Origin: Bacteroidota bacterium
Lineage (GTDB): Bacteria > Bacteroidota > Bacteroidia > AKYH767-A > 2013-40CM-41-45
Reading direction: 5' to 3'
NCBI GenBank assembly: GCA_043747595.1
Contig: JAYTOX010000055.1
Span: 1,254 to 65,253 of the forward strand
DNA length: 64,000 bases
The notes beneath the pieces were generated by a model. It was not told the origin of the DNA, searched no databases, and saw nothing but the letters and a program-made list of their open reading frames with translations. The translations under genes were made by a program, and so were the position numbers. This document shows positions 1-10,004 of this stretch, in pieces (positions within the stretch are counted from its first letter, which is position 1; every line of letters starts with the position of its first letter).

Positions 1-519
1 CTTGCTCTTTGCCTTGCATATTTAGTAATAGCAGGAATAGATAAATATAAAATCGACAAAAACACGAAAGAACAATTGAGTGCGCAGAAGCTCGACGTTG
101 CAGAATATTTCACCACTCCTACTCCGCTGAATAATTTTCTCTGGTACATCATAGCAAAAAACGACAGCGGATTTTTTATTAGTTATCAATCCGTATTCGA
201 TAAAAATAAAAACTTAGCTTTTACTTTTCATCCGCAGCACAAAGAATTTTTAAACTCGCTGCCAAGCGATGAGGATTTGGATAAGCTAAAACAATTTTCA
301 AAAAATTATTTTGTGATCGATAAAAAAGATTCAAGTTATTATTTTAATGACATCCGTTTTGGACAGATTTCAGGATGGAATAATCCGGTGTCGAATTTTG
401 TATTTCGTTATAAATTAGGACGAGATGCCGACAACGATTTAGTTATTCAAAGAGGGCGATTTGAGGGGTCGGGTAAAAAAGCGTTAGGAGAATTGTGGGG
501 ACGAATGTGGGGAAATTAA
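1..519 (+). CDS. Hypothetical protein, C-terminal fragment; the reading frame is open to the window start, so the gene begins upstream
   Basis: Frame 1 has no stop codon from position 1 to the TAA at 517-519. The first ATG the ORF track uses is at 76, but the frame is open upstream of it. I do not recognise a family. Confidence 0.5.
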   Translation, partial: LALCLAYLVIAGIDKYKIDKNTKEQLSAQKLDVAEYFTTPTPLNNFLWYIIAKNDSGFFISYQSVFDKNKNLAFTFHPQHKEFLNSLPSDEDLDKLKQFSKNYFVIDKKDSSYYFNDIRFGQISGWNNPVSNFVFRYKLGRDADNDLVIQRGRFEGSGKKALGELWGRMWGN

Positions 520-522
520 AAC

Positions 523-800
523 GTCTGAACTGGGATTTAGCTGATTTGAGGATTTTTATGATTTGAAATTAAAGAAAATGTCTGAACTGGGATTTAGCTG
601 ATTTGAGGATTTTTATGATTTGAAATTAAAAAAATGTCTGAACTGGGATTTAGCTGATTTGAGGATTTTTATGATTTGAAATTAAAAAAAATGTCTGAAC
701 TGGGATTTAGCTGATTTGAGGATTTTTATGATTTGAAATTAAAAAAAATGTCAGCACCGGGATTTAACTGATTTGAGGATTTTCATGATTTTATTTTTTA
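523..800. repeat. Tandem minisatellite of a 56-57 bp unit, four near-identical copies plus one degenerate copy
   Basis: Unit gtctgaactgggatttagctgatttgaggatttttatgatttgaaattaaa(g/a)aaaat starts at 523, 580, 636 and 693. A degenerate copy starts at 750. Copies differ only in the length of the terminal A-run. The array lies between convergent genes. Confidence 0.9.
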
Positions 801-903
801 TAAAATAGAGCCAAACATAGCAGTCAATTAATCAATAATAATTAACCATTATTATTGATGCTCTAGAAATTCTTACTTAATCATTGTACATTAAAATTAT
901 TGC

Positions 904-954
904 TGTGTGCGGCTGAATGATCTTGAGCACGATCCGGCACACAACATTCAGCCG
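904..954. terminator. Inverted-repeat hairpin between convergent genes, a putative bidirectional terminator
   Basis: cggctgaatg at 910-919 pairs with cattcagccg at 945-954. An alternative arm tgtgtgcgg/ccggcacaca is also possible. It sits between the stop at 519 (+) and the stop at 985 (-). There is no strong T-run, hence low confidence. Confidence 0.35.
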
Positions 955-984
955 AGCAGGAATCTTTAGGCTTCTAAAAATAGT

Positions 985-2211
985 TTATTGTGAGCAAAAA
1001 ATAAAAAAACAATAATTCATTGTCATCGCATACAATGTTATCCAAATAGGAATATCAATAAGTAAAAGTCTATCGCCCGACCAAAAAGATATTCCGGAAG
1101 AAAAAATTATATATAAATGAATTACCAACAAAGAAGTAAAAACCAGAAGCTTTTGAGTTTTCCTTTCTCTGATAAGATTAAATATAACTATGGTTAAAAG
1201 CGGTAGAAATAGTAAATGAATGAAGAAGAATACATGATTAAAACCAATCATGAAGCTCAATAAAAATGATGAATTACTATTAGTTTCAGGAAATGATAAA
1301 AATGTTGGAAAACCGTTTAAATTTTCATACACATTATGAGCAAATTGATGAACTACTTTAGTTTTATTTTCAGTTAACAAAGTAACAATTTTACCATTTG
1401 AAAGCGCCATAGATTGATCGACCGATTTTTGCCAACTATCGTTGGCATTTTCTTCGACATTTAGATTATTTATTAGTTCAGCAACGAAGTATTTTTTGAA
1501 TGTAAGAGTGCTGATACGGGAAACTTGAAGGCTTCCATACTTCAATTTCATAACACTTACTTGCAAAACAATTGGTAGAAGAATTAACCCTATCAGTAAA
1601 ACATTTTTAACTTTAAAAAATATTTCTTTACCAAAAAAAACGATTGCGATTATTCCTGTAATAATAAAAGGAATAAAAAACAATGGTTTAATAACCGACA
1701 AAATTGAAAAACCGGCTAAAAACAGAAAGATCGAATTAAGACTTTCATTTTTATTTCTAGCTTTAGAAAAATAATATAACAAGACTGTCAAAATAAAGAT
1801 TACGCTTACTTCAGTCAGTGCATGATACGTAAGCGATAAAAAAGACAAGTTTGCTCCTATTAGAATAAACCCCAGCACAGAAAGAAATTTATTTTGAGTA
1901 AAATTTAAAATACAATAATAAATTAGGTTAACAGAAATTAGCCAGAAACCAAATTGGATAAGCCAAATACCATTTATACCAAAAATACTATTGATTGATT
2001 TTATAACTAGTGGAAAAAGGAATGGTCGCGTTTCTGAGTAACCAACTTCACTCAAATGAAAAAACTCATTACCTACCGACAAATACTCTTTCGCATCGGG
2101 CGACGAAAACATTTTTGTTGCTTCGGGATAGTGCTGGAGTATGAAACTCATCGATAAATAAAAAAGCACCGAAATAGTTACCCGATATATAATGTACTTT
2201 TTCATTTCCAA
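985..2211 (-). CDS. Polytopic integral membrane protein, possibly a GT-C-type (GT39/ArnT-like) glycosyltransferase
   Basis: The 408-aa product has at least ten hydrophobic helices and a D-x-x-E-Y-containing first loop. The family assignment is tentative. Confidence 0.55.
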   Translation of the reverse strand: MEMKKYIIYRVTISVLFYLSMSFILQHYPEATKMFSSPDAKEYLSVGNEFFHLSEVGYSETRPFLFPLVIKSINSIFGINGIWLIQFGFWLISVNLIYYCILNFTQNKFLSVLGFILIGANLSFLSLTYHALTEVSVIFILTVLLYYFSKARNKNESLNSIFLFLAGFSILSVIKPLFFIPFIITGIIAIVFFGKEIFFKVKNVLLIGLILLPIVLQVSVMKLKYGSLQVSRISTLTFKKYFVAELINNLNVEENANDSWQKSVDQSMALSNGKIVTLLTENKTKVVHQFAHNVYENLNGFPTFLSFPETNSNSSFLLSFMIGFNHVFFFIHLLFLPLLTIVIFNLIRERKTQKLLVFTSLLVIHLYIIFSSGISFWSGDRLLLIDIPIWITLYAMTMNYCFFIFCSQ

Positions 2212-2364
2212 TTTTTATGAACGCTACAAATAATTCTCAACCACAAAATGCTTTAATAGAAATTAGAAGAATTAAATTAATTTTCAAAAAAAATATCCAC
2301 CCTCCTATTTAAAAATCAATGCAGAACTGGTCATTGTAAACTATAGATAATTGTATTGTCTCTA

Positions 2365-3144
2365 TTACAAATCCTGCGCTTGTGCAATCAGTTCAGCAAT
2401 ATCGAGAACTTTTACTTCGTCTTCTTTATTAAAATTTTTCACTCCGTCGGTCATCATTGTCATACAAAAAGGACAACCTACAGCAATGATATCTGGTTTT
2501 AATTCGAGAGCTTCTTCGGTACGTTCAATGTTTACATCTTTCGTTCCTTTCTCCGGCTCTTTGAACATTTGAGCGCCACCCGCACCGCAACAAAATCCAT
2601 TGGCACGAGAGCGTTTCATTTCGGTAAAGGCACTATCTAATTTCTGGATAACACTTCGAGGTGCTTCATACACATCATTACCACGACCGAGATAACACGG
2701 ATCGTGAAAAGTAATTTTCTTTCCTGCAAACGAACCACCACTCACTACAAGTTTTCCTTGGTCTATTAAAGATTGTAACAATTCGGAATGATGTACTACA
2801 TCGTAATGTCCACCTAAGTCCGGATATTCATTTTTCAAGGTATTGAAACAATGCGGGCAAGCAGTAACGATTTTTTTAACGCCGTAGCCATCCAATACTT
2901 GAATGTTTGTCATGGCTTGCATCTGAAATAAAAATTCGTTGCCAGCACGTTTAGCAGGATCGCCGGTACAACTTTCTTCAGTACCGAGCACAGCAAATTT
3001 CACGTTACAATGATGTAAAATTTTTGCAACCGCTTTCGTTATTTTTTGTGCACGTTCGTCGAAACTACCGGCGCAACCAACCCAAAATAATATTTCCGGC
3101 ATTTCACCTCTTGCAGCATAATCTGCCATTGTTTCAATCTGCAT
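2365..3144 (-). CDS. (Fe-S)-binding protein with cysteine-rich CCG domains (GlpC/LutA/HdrD C-terminal-like)
   Basis: Two CCG-type cysteine clusters are present (CPHC..., CCGAGG, CPFC). The length and motifs match heterodisulfide-reductase-like subunits. Confidence 0.8.
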   Translation of the reverse strand: MQIETMADYAARGEMPEILFWVGCAGSFDERAQKITKAVAKILHHCNVKFAVLGTEESCTGDPAKRAGNEFLFQMQAMTNIQVLDGYGVKKIVTACPHCFNTLKNEYPDLGGHYDVVHHSELLQSLIDQGKLVVSGGSFAGKKITFHDPCYLGRGNDVYEAPRSVIQKLDSAFTEMKRSRANGFCCGAGGAQMFKEPEKGTKDVNIERTEEALELKPDIIAVGCPFCMTMMTDGVKNFNKEDEVKVLDIAELIAQAQDL

Positions 3145-3165
3145 CTTATTCGTTTTTCGGTAAAA

Positions 3166-4470
3166 TTAATTTTCCTGCGCCCATTTTAATCGGTCTGCTT
3201 GTGCAAACTGCCATGGTGCGCCATTGTTTTCAATTCTGTTAAACATCCCCGCTAATTCAGTAGGCACTTTACTTTCTTCCATTACTAAAAATCTTCGCAT
3301 ATCTATGATGATACTTAGTGGATCTATGTTTACCGGGCAAGCATTTACACAAGCGTTACAACTTGTACAGGCCCACAATTCTTCTTCGGTGATATAGGAG
3401 AAAAGAGATTTTTCATCGGCATACTCTTTTCCATTTTTGTCGATACCCTTTCCTACTTCTTCCAAACGATCGCGCGTATCCATCATAATTTTACGAGGAG
3501 AAAGCAATTTTCCGGTTTGATTTGCCGGACATTCAGACGTACATCTTCCACATTCAGTACATGAATATGCATCCATTAATTGTTTCCAAGTAAGATCTTT
3601 TACGTCTTTAGCTCCAAATTTCTGAGGCATAGAATCGGTAGGTTCAGGAAGAACAGCAGCAGGATCGAGCATCAGTTTTACTTCTCTGCTTACATTCTCC
3701 ATATCAGTAAACTTTCCTTTCTTTTGGAGATTGCTGTAGTAAGTATTTGGAAAAGCTAAAAGAATGTGAAAGTGTTTTGAATACGGCAGGTAATTTAGAA
3801 ACGCAAGAATACCGATGATGTGAAACCACCAACAACTTCTTTCAATCATTTCTAACGAGGAATCGGATAATCCGCCGAACATTCCGCTCATCATTGAACT
3901 TACAGGAAATGCACCGGCCTGAATGTAATGACCAACTCCACGAAGTTGTAACAGATAATCGGTGCTATTCATCGTTAAGAAAGCCGTCATCAACAAAATC
4001 TCTGTTATGAGAATTAAGTTTGCATCTGTACGTGGCCATGATTTTAGTTCAGGCATTGTAAGTCGGCGAACTTTAATAATATTTCTTCGAATTAAAAAAA
4101 CAACACAAGCAAGTAAAACAAGAAGTGCAAGAATTTCAAAGCCTCCGATTAAAATATTGTATAAGCTGCCGATAGAATGAAAAACACGATGCGTCCCAAA
4201 AACACCATCGATAATTATTTCCATTACTTCAATGTTAATAATTACAAAGCCGGCGTAAACAATGATGTGTAGAAATCCGGCAATGGGACGTTTTACCATT
4301 TTCGATTGACCGAGCGCTACTTTTGCCATGGTCATCCATCGGTCCGAACTGCTATCACTGCGATCAATGTTTCTTCCTAACTTAATGTTACGGCTAATCT
4401 TTCTAATGTTTTTAGAGAACAGAAAGATAGCAGCACCAAGAATAATAACAAAAATTAGTTGTGCAAACAT
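3166..4470 (-). CDS. Membrane-anchored 2x[4Fe-4S] ferredoxin-domain protein (NarI/HdrE-like transmembrane N-terminus plus dicluster domain)
   Basis: The N-terminal half has multiple transmembrane helices. The C-terminal half has CxxCxxCxxxCP motifs (CTECGRCTSECP and CTSCNACVNACP). It is adjacent to the CCG protein with a 21-nt gap, so they are probably co-transcribed. Confidence 0.8.
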   Translation of the reverse strand: MFAQLIFVIILGAAIFLFSKNIRKISRNIKLGRNIDRSDSSSDRWMTMAKVALGQSKMVKRPIAGFLHIIVYAGFVIINIEVMEIIIDGVFGTHRVFHSIGSLYNILIGGFEILALLVLLACVVFLIRRNIIKVRRLTMPELKSWPRTDANLILITEILLMTAFLTMNSTDYLLQLRGVGHYIQAGAFPVSSMMSGMFGGLSDSSLEMIERSCWWFHIIGILAFLNYLPYSKHFHILLAFPNTYYSNLQKKGKFTDMENVSREVKLMLDPAAVLPEPTDSMPQKFGAKDVKDLTWKQLMDAYSCTECGRCTSECPANQTGKLLSPRKIMMDTRDRLEEVGKGIDKNGKEYADEKSLFSYITEEELWACTSCNACVNACPVNIDPLSIIIDMRRFLVMEESKVPTELAGMFNRIENNGAPWQFAQADRLKWAQEN

Positions 4471-4494
4471 TGAATTAATTTTAATGATTACAAT

Positions 4495-5445
4495 TTATCG
4501 ACCGAAAGAAATGACAGATACTTTCAGGTATTTCTTTGGATTCGATTTAAAATCTTTGAGAAGTTCATCTAAATTTTTAGAAGAAGAGCTGAGATTGTTA
4601 TACAAGCTATCGTTAGTAGCCAGTTGGCCGAGCGAACCTTCACCTCTATTTATTTTATCCATTAACAAAGCAGTTTGCTCTAAAGTTTTCTGAGTGTTAT
4701 TTAAAGTTGCAGAAAGATTAGAACGAGCGAGCGTATCAGAAATGGATGAAAAGTTATTGATGATCTTCGTAATATTTTCGTTATTCCCTTTTAAGTTAAG
4801 CGTGATCGATTCAAGATTATCAAAAATCACCTTCAAGCGACCTTGCTTAGCAAGAACAGTATCCAAATTTCCGGCTACATTTTCTAGCGATGATAAAGAA
4901 TGGCTAATACTTTCGAAAGAATGGCGGAGGTTGCTTTTTGTATTTTCATTGAATACATCACGAATAATAAATAGAATGCTATCGAGCGATGAAAGTAAAT
5001 TTTCAGCTTTCATTTTTATAGGAGCAACTTGCGCACTTACCTGATCAGATAAACTTGCTTGCATTCCAGAATTTAATGTATCGCCATCCAACATGTCTTC
5101 TTTACTATCGCCAAAAACAAGTCGAATTCCTTTTGAGCCTAAAAGATCCGTACTAAAGATTTCGGCTCTGGAGTTACGAGGAACAATCACTTTATTGGTT
5201 ACATGCATGCTCACAATAACTCGTCCGTCGGGCATCAATTCTAACTTGTGAATCATTCCGACTTTCATGCCGTTCACAACAACCGGATTGCTAGATGTAA
5301 GTCCTTCTACTTGAGAATAAACTGCAAACACACTACGTTGGCGGGTAAAGAAATCATTTCCTTTCAGATAATTAACACCCCAAACTACGAGAGCAATTCC
5401 TATGGTAACTATTAATCCCGTTCTTACTTCTTTTGAAAGTTTCAT
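4495..5445 (-). CDS. MlaD/MCE-family protein (ABC-type lipid transport periplasmic component)
   Basis: It has an N-terminal transmembrane anchor followed by an MCE-domain-like region and a long coiled, low-complexity C-terminus typical of Bacteroidota MlaD homologues. Confidence 0.75.
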   Translation of the reverse strand: MKLSKEVRTGLIVTIGIALVVWGVNYLKGNDFFTRQRSVFAVYSQVEGLTSSNPVVVNGMKVGMIHKLELMPDGRVIVSMHVTNKVIVPRNSRAEIFSTDLLGSKGIRLVFGDSKEDMLDGDTLNSGMQASLSDQVSAQVAPIKMKAENLLSSLDSILFIIRDVFNENTKSNLRHSFESISHSLSSLENVAGNLDTVLAKQGRLKVIFDNLESITLNLKGNNENITKIINNFSSISDTLARSNLSATLNNTQKTLEQTALLMDKINRGEGSLGQLATNDSLYNNLSSSSKNLDELLKDFKSNPKKYLKVSVISFGR

Positions 5446-5521
5446 AAATCGTACTACTATTCTTTTAAATATAAATTAAGCTTTGAAGCAGCTGGCTTCA
5501 AAAGTAGCTATTTTACTTGAA

Positions 5522-6754
5522 TTACTTCCCTTTCGATAGCTCACTTGCTTCTTTAAAACTCACTTTCTTATCATTGTAATAACCCACTACGAAGGCGTCT
5601 TTGAAACCGATTTTTCGTAATTTAGCTTGAAGAGAGATTGCATCTTCAACTTTTCCAAATTGCCCGGAAGTGTATTTGAATACTTTTTTCTCCAATTCTT
5701 CTCTTACATCTTTAATCCCTTCAAACTTCGAACTCTTTAAAGATATTTTTGACGGTGAAGCGTAAAACTGAACGGCCCAGAAAACTTGCCTCGAATCGAC
5801 ATTAGGCTGAGCGTCTTTTTCTTTTGGCGCTACTTTTTTAACCTCCGGCGATGAATCGTTCACAGGTTTATCATCCATCTCAGAAATATCGGGTACGGCA
5901 TTCAATGTTTTATTCGTTTCAACCGACTGTTTATACGATTTGAAAGCTCTGAAAATAGCTGAAGCCGATTCCTCTTGACCTTTTGAACTTGAAAGATATT
6001 TCTCTTCTTCCGGATTAGAGAGAAAGCCAGTTTCTATCAAGATACTTGGCATCGTAGTTTTATAAAGCACCAAAAATCCTGCTTGCTTAATTCCCCTGCT
6101 GTCGAGCCCTTTACTTTTCATTTCTTGCTGAACATAGCCGGCCATCCGTAAACTTTGATCTAAAAATGTATTCTGATACAAAGAGAAAATGATGTTAGCT
6201 TCAGGACTATTCGGATCAAAACCATCGTATTGTTTGGTGTAATCTTTCTCGAGTAATACAACTTCGTTTTCTCGCTTGGCCACCTCTAAATTGGCTTCCG
6301 TCTTGTGCAGTCCCATAACCCATGTTTCCACTCCATTCGTTTCAGTATTACAGACGTCTTTTCGTTTCTTTTTATCGTAATAACAAGCTGAGTTACAATG
6401 AATACAAATAAAAAGATCGGCTTTGGCGTTGTTGGCAATATTGGCTCTTTCAAACAATTCAACAAACTCATCCGTTTTCCGGGTATAAATCACTTTTACA
6501 TCAGGAAATTTGTCATTTATATACTGCCCTAACTTTAAAGCGATGCCTAATGCAATGTCTTTTTCCTTCGACTTTTTCCCTAAACATCCTGAGTCGTGCC
6601 CACCATGACCAGCGTCGATTACCACTCTAGTAATGCCATACGATTTTGGCTTCGGTTGATTGAAAGAGCTGAATAGCAGTATAACTACCAATAAAAATAC
6701 CGGCTGAAAAAGATAAAAAGAGAGACTAAATATTTTGTTTAGTTTTGCCACCAA
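5522..6754 (-). CDS. N-acetylmuramoyl-L-alanine amidase (Amidase_3) with a C-terminal SPOR domain
   Basis: The Amidase_3 signature VVIDAGHGGHDSG is present together with a C-terminal SPOR-like segment. There is an N-terminal signal or transmembrane segment. Confidence 0.85.
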   Translation of the reverse strand: MVAKLNKIFSLSFYLFQPVFLLVVILLFSSFNQPKPKSYGITRVVIDAGHGGHDSGCLGKKSKEKDIALGIALKLGQYINDKFPDVKVIYTRKTDEFVELFERANIANNAKADLFICIHCNSACYYDKKKRKDVCNTETNGVETWVMGLHKTEANLEVAKRENEVVLLEKDYTKQYDGFDPNSPEANIIFSLYQNTFLDQSLRMAGYVQQEMKSKGLDSRGIKQAGFLVLYKTTMPSILIETGFLSNPEEEKYLSSSKGQEESASAIFRAFKSYKQSVETNKTLNAVPDISEMDDKPVNDSSPEVKKVAPKEKDAQPNVDSRQVFWAVQFYASPSKISLKSSKFEGIKDVREELEKKVFKYTSGQFGKVEDAISLQAKLRKIGFKDAFVVGYYNDKKVSFKEASELSKGK

Positions 6755-9368
6755 AATTCACACAACGTTAAAGGATTTGTCTTCGCAAGTATCCAAAATA
6801 TCAAGCGTACTATTATTGCTTTTATTGCTTCTTTTTCAACAATTTATTGTTGGTTCAGAGGCTAAAGAAAGTGTGTATACCCAAGGTTCAATCATAGCCG
6901 ATTCCACAGAAGAAACTACTTCTGTAACTCCCGATTCAATTACCATTAAAGCCGATACATTACTTCAAGATACAAATAATACATCCGATGAGGTGATTAA
7001 ATCGAAAATCAAATACCACGCAAGAGATTCGATTAGAGTAAATATTGAAGATGAGATTGTTTATTTGTATGGAAATGCAACAGTCGATTACGAAGAATTG
7101 CATTTAGCCGCCAACTATATCGTGATTGATATGGATAAAAAAGAATTGTTTGCAGAGGGAACAAAAGACAGTACAGGGCTCGTTACAGGATCGCCCGAAT
7201 TTTCACAAGGCGATCAGAAATTCAAATCCAATTCGATGCGATATAATTTCCAATCGAAAAAAGGACGGATCAATTATGTGATCACACAAGAAGGTGAAGG
7301 ATTTATTCATGGAGAAGTAGTAAAAAAAGATCCCGAAAATAATTTTTATATCCGTAATGGTCAGTACACAACCTGCAATTTAGATACCCCACATTTTGCG
7401 ATTAGTTCCAACAGGCTAAAAGTGATTTCAAAAAACAAGATAGTAACTGGTCCGGCGTATTTAACAATTGAACAAATACCTACACCTATCTTAATTCCTT
7501 TTGGATTTTTTCCAAACAAAGCAGGAAGAAGTTCCGGTGTTATTTTTCCTGCCTTTGGTGAATCGGCACAACGAGGTTTTTATTTTCAGCACTTAGGTTA
7601 CTACTTTGGCTTCAACGATTTTTTCAATCTCGCTCTTACCTCCGATATTTATACAAAAGGAAGTTACACATTAGATGCATCATCAATTTATAAGAAGAAA
7701 TATAAATATTCAGGAACTCTTAAATTTTCTTACGCACATACCATTAATTCTGAAAAAGAACTTCCCGATTATAGTCTGCTAAACGATTACCATATCAATT
7801 GGTCGCATACCAAAGATTCGAAGTCGAGCCCCAATAGTACTTTCGGTGCTTCCGTGAATGCAGGAACGAGCAATTATTATAAAAATACCATCAGTTCCGT
7901 TGGGAATTTTTTGACGAATACATTGAATTCATCAATTGCATATTCATACAATTTTCCAGACAAACCAATCAATTTAAGTGCAGGAATTAATCATACGCAG
8001 AATACGATTACTAGAGACATTAGAATTTCTGCACCCGATTTGAGTTTCAACATTTCTCGAATATCACCATTCAAAAGGAAGATTGCTGTAGGTGCACAAA
8101 AATGGTATGAGAAAATTGGAACAAGTTTAAGTATCAGAACCATCAATTTTGTTGAAACGAAAGACACATTACTTTTTCGAAAAGAAACGTTGAAAGAATT
8201 GAAAAACGGTGCACAAGCAACAGTGCCAATTTCAACATCATTCAATTTATTTAAATATTTCAACTTTACACCGGCAGCATCTTTTACCGATCGTTTTTAT
8301 TTGAAATCTATTCGTTATGAATGGGATCAAGCGAATAAAAAAGTTGATACGATTACAGTGAAGCAACCGCAGCAAGCATACGATTACAATTTTAGCGCGG
8401 GTTTATCGACTCGTATGTTTGGCATGTACCAATTTAAAAAAGGACCAATTACAGCAATACGACATGTAATTATTCCATCGGCAAGTATTACCTACCGACC
8501 TGATTTTGGAGATACACGCTATGGTTACTATAAATATGTACAAACAGATACAGCAGGAACCATCCGCAATTATTCGATTTATCAGAATTCAGTTTATGGT
8601 GGTCCGGCCAATGGTAAGTTTGCAAATATTTCCTATTCACTCGACAACAATCTTGAAATGAAAGTGAAAACCAAATCAGATACAGGAGCTGTTACGAAAA
8701 AAATAAAATTACTAGAAAGTTTGAGGATTGGTGGAGGCTATAACATTATAGCAGACAGTATGAAATTAAGTGTTTTTTCTTTGAGTGGAAGAACTACATT
8801 ATTTGAAAAAGTAACACTTAATTTCACCAGCACACTTGATCCTTATGCATACGGTCATGACAATAAGGATTACAATCGATTCCAATATACGGTAGACAAA
8901 ACATTGGTTCGATTAACTAATTCGACAGCATCCATGATTTTTTCATTAAACAAAAAGCACAACGAAGTCAATAACGGAAAACATTCTCAACAAGAAATAG
9001 ACTACATCAACTCACACCCCGACGAATATGTAGATTTTGAAATACCTTTTAATCTGAACGTTGGTTACTCATACACTTACAATAAAACAGGATCCTTAAA
9101 AACTATCATTACACAATCGGCTAGTTTCAATGGAGATTTGAGCCTAACAAGCAAATGGAAAATTGGATTTTATTCGTGGTATGATTTAACTCTAGGGAAG
9201 TTCACGAATATGAGTTTAAATATTTACCGAGATCTTCATTGCTGGGAGATGCGAATGAATTGGATTCCGTTTGGTGGACAAGAAAGTTACAATTTTCAGA
9301 TCAATGTAAAATCTTCAATACTTCAAGATTTAAAGTTGTTAAAGAAGAAAGATTTTTATGATAGATAA
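6735..9368 (+). CDS. lptD: LptD/OstA-like outer-membrane LPS-assembly protein
   Basis: The 877-aa product has a signal-like N-terminus and an OstA-like N-terminal region, followed by a long aromatic-rich beta-barrel-like C-terminal region. Its 5' end overlaps the divergent amidase start by 20 nt, so the true start is uncertain. Confidence 0.65.
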   Translation: MFSFATKIHTTLKDLSSQVSKISSVLLLLLLLLFQQFIVGSEAKESVYTQGSIIADSTEETTSVTPDSITIKADTLLQDTNNTSDEVIKSKIKYHARDSIRVNIEDEIVYLYGNATVDYEELHLAANYIVIDMDKKELFAEGTKDSTGLVTGSPEFSQGDQKFKSNSMRYNFQSKKGRINYVITQEGEGFIHGEVVKKDPENNFYIRNGQYTTCNLDTPHFAISSNRLKVISKNKIVTGPAYLTIEQIPTPILIPFGFFPNKAGRSSGVIFPAFGESAQRGFYFQHLGYYFGFNDFFNLALTSDIYTKGSYTLDASSIYKKKYKYSGTLKFSYAHTINSEKELPDYSLLNDYHINWSHTKDSKSSPNSTFGASVNAGTSNYYKNTISSVGNFLTNTLNSSIAYSYNFPDKPINLSAGINHTQNTITRDIRISAPDLSFNISRISPFKRKIAVGAQKWYEKIGTSLSIRTINFVETKDTLLFRKETLKELKNGAQATVPISTSFNLFKYFNFTPAASFTDRFYLKSIRYEWDQANKKVDTITVKQPQQAYDYNFSAGLSTRMFGMYQFKKGPITAIRHVIIPSASITYRPDFGDTRYGYYKYVQTDTAGTIRNYSIYQNSVYGGPANGKFANISYSLDNNLEMKVKTKSDTGAVTKKIKLLESLRIGGGYNIIADSMKLSVFSLSGRTTLFEKVTLNFTSTLDPYAYGHDNKDYNRFQYTVDKTLVRLTNSTASMIFSLNKKHNEVNNGKHSQQEIDYINSHPDEYVDFEIPFNLNVGYSYTYNKTGSLKTIITQSASFNGDLSLTSKWKIGFYSWYDLTLGKFTNMSLNIYRDLHCWEMRMNWIPFGGQESYNFQINVKSSILQDLKLLKKKDFYDR

Positions 9369-9372
9369 AATT

Positions 9373-9891
9373 TTAAAACATCAATTTTTTCATTAAGAAA
9401 TCGGTATCAATTGCTTCACCTAATTGAAAAGTTTTTTCACCAAAAACTTCAAACCCATACGATTTATAAAAGTTGAGTGCTTTGTAATTAAATTCGTTCA
9501 CACCTAACCAAAACCATTTATAGTTTTCTCTTTTAGCAATTTCAATTGAAAAATCCATTAAGAACTTACCAACTTTTTTTCCGTGAAAATCGTTGTAAAC
9601 ATAAATACGCTCCATTTCAATTGCAGGTTCATTTTTAAATTCATCGTAAGTACGATCTCTTCTAAGCTTCACAAAACCTACGACCTTATTATCAGAATAT
9701 GCTAACAGAAAAGTATTATTTGCAGACTCTAACTCATTGGCGATTGTTTCATCCTTAAAAGCTTTTGCAAGATAAATCGTCATATCTTCCGGCGTATTAA
9801 CGTCCTTCCAAGTCTCGTAGAATGTTTCTCTACCCACTTTTGCTACTTCAATAGAATCTGCTTTCTCTGCAATCTTAATAGAAATTTCCAT
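9373..9891 (-). CDS. GNAT-family N-acetyltransferase
   Basis: The acetyl-CoA binding motif region (YVYNDFHGKKVGKFLM... through YGFE) and the 172-aa length fit the family. Confidence 0.85.
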   Translation of the reverse strand: MEISIKIAEKADSIEVAKVGRETFYETWKDVNTPEDMTIYLAKAFKDETIANELESANNTFLLAYSDNKVVGFVKLRRDRTYDEFKNEPAIEMERIYVYNDFHGKKVGKFLMDFSIEIAKRENYKWFWLGVNEFNYKALNFYKSYGFEVFGEKTFQLGEAIDTDFLMKKLMF

Positions 9892-10004
9892 GGTACAAAG
9901 ATAAAAAAGTCTTGATATTACATTAAAAATTCATTTAAAACTTACTTCCAAATTCACAAAAAGTCAATTCATTTAAGTAATTTTACAGAGTTAAAACAAA
10001 ACAT

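Noticed and set aside
523-800. Possible CRISPR array, since the region has regularly spaced direct repeats
   Set aside because: The whole 57-bp unit repeats with no unique spacers between copies. There are no cas genes nearby. It is a minisatellite, not CRISPR.
2351-2572. 73-aa plus-strand ORF and other small ORFs (3024-3242 +, 3962-4180 +, 4328-4693 +, 4694-5044 +)
   Set aside because: Each lies entirely within and antisense to well-supported Fe-S, membrane or MlaD genes. They lack independent support.
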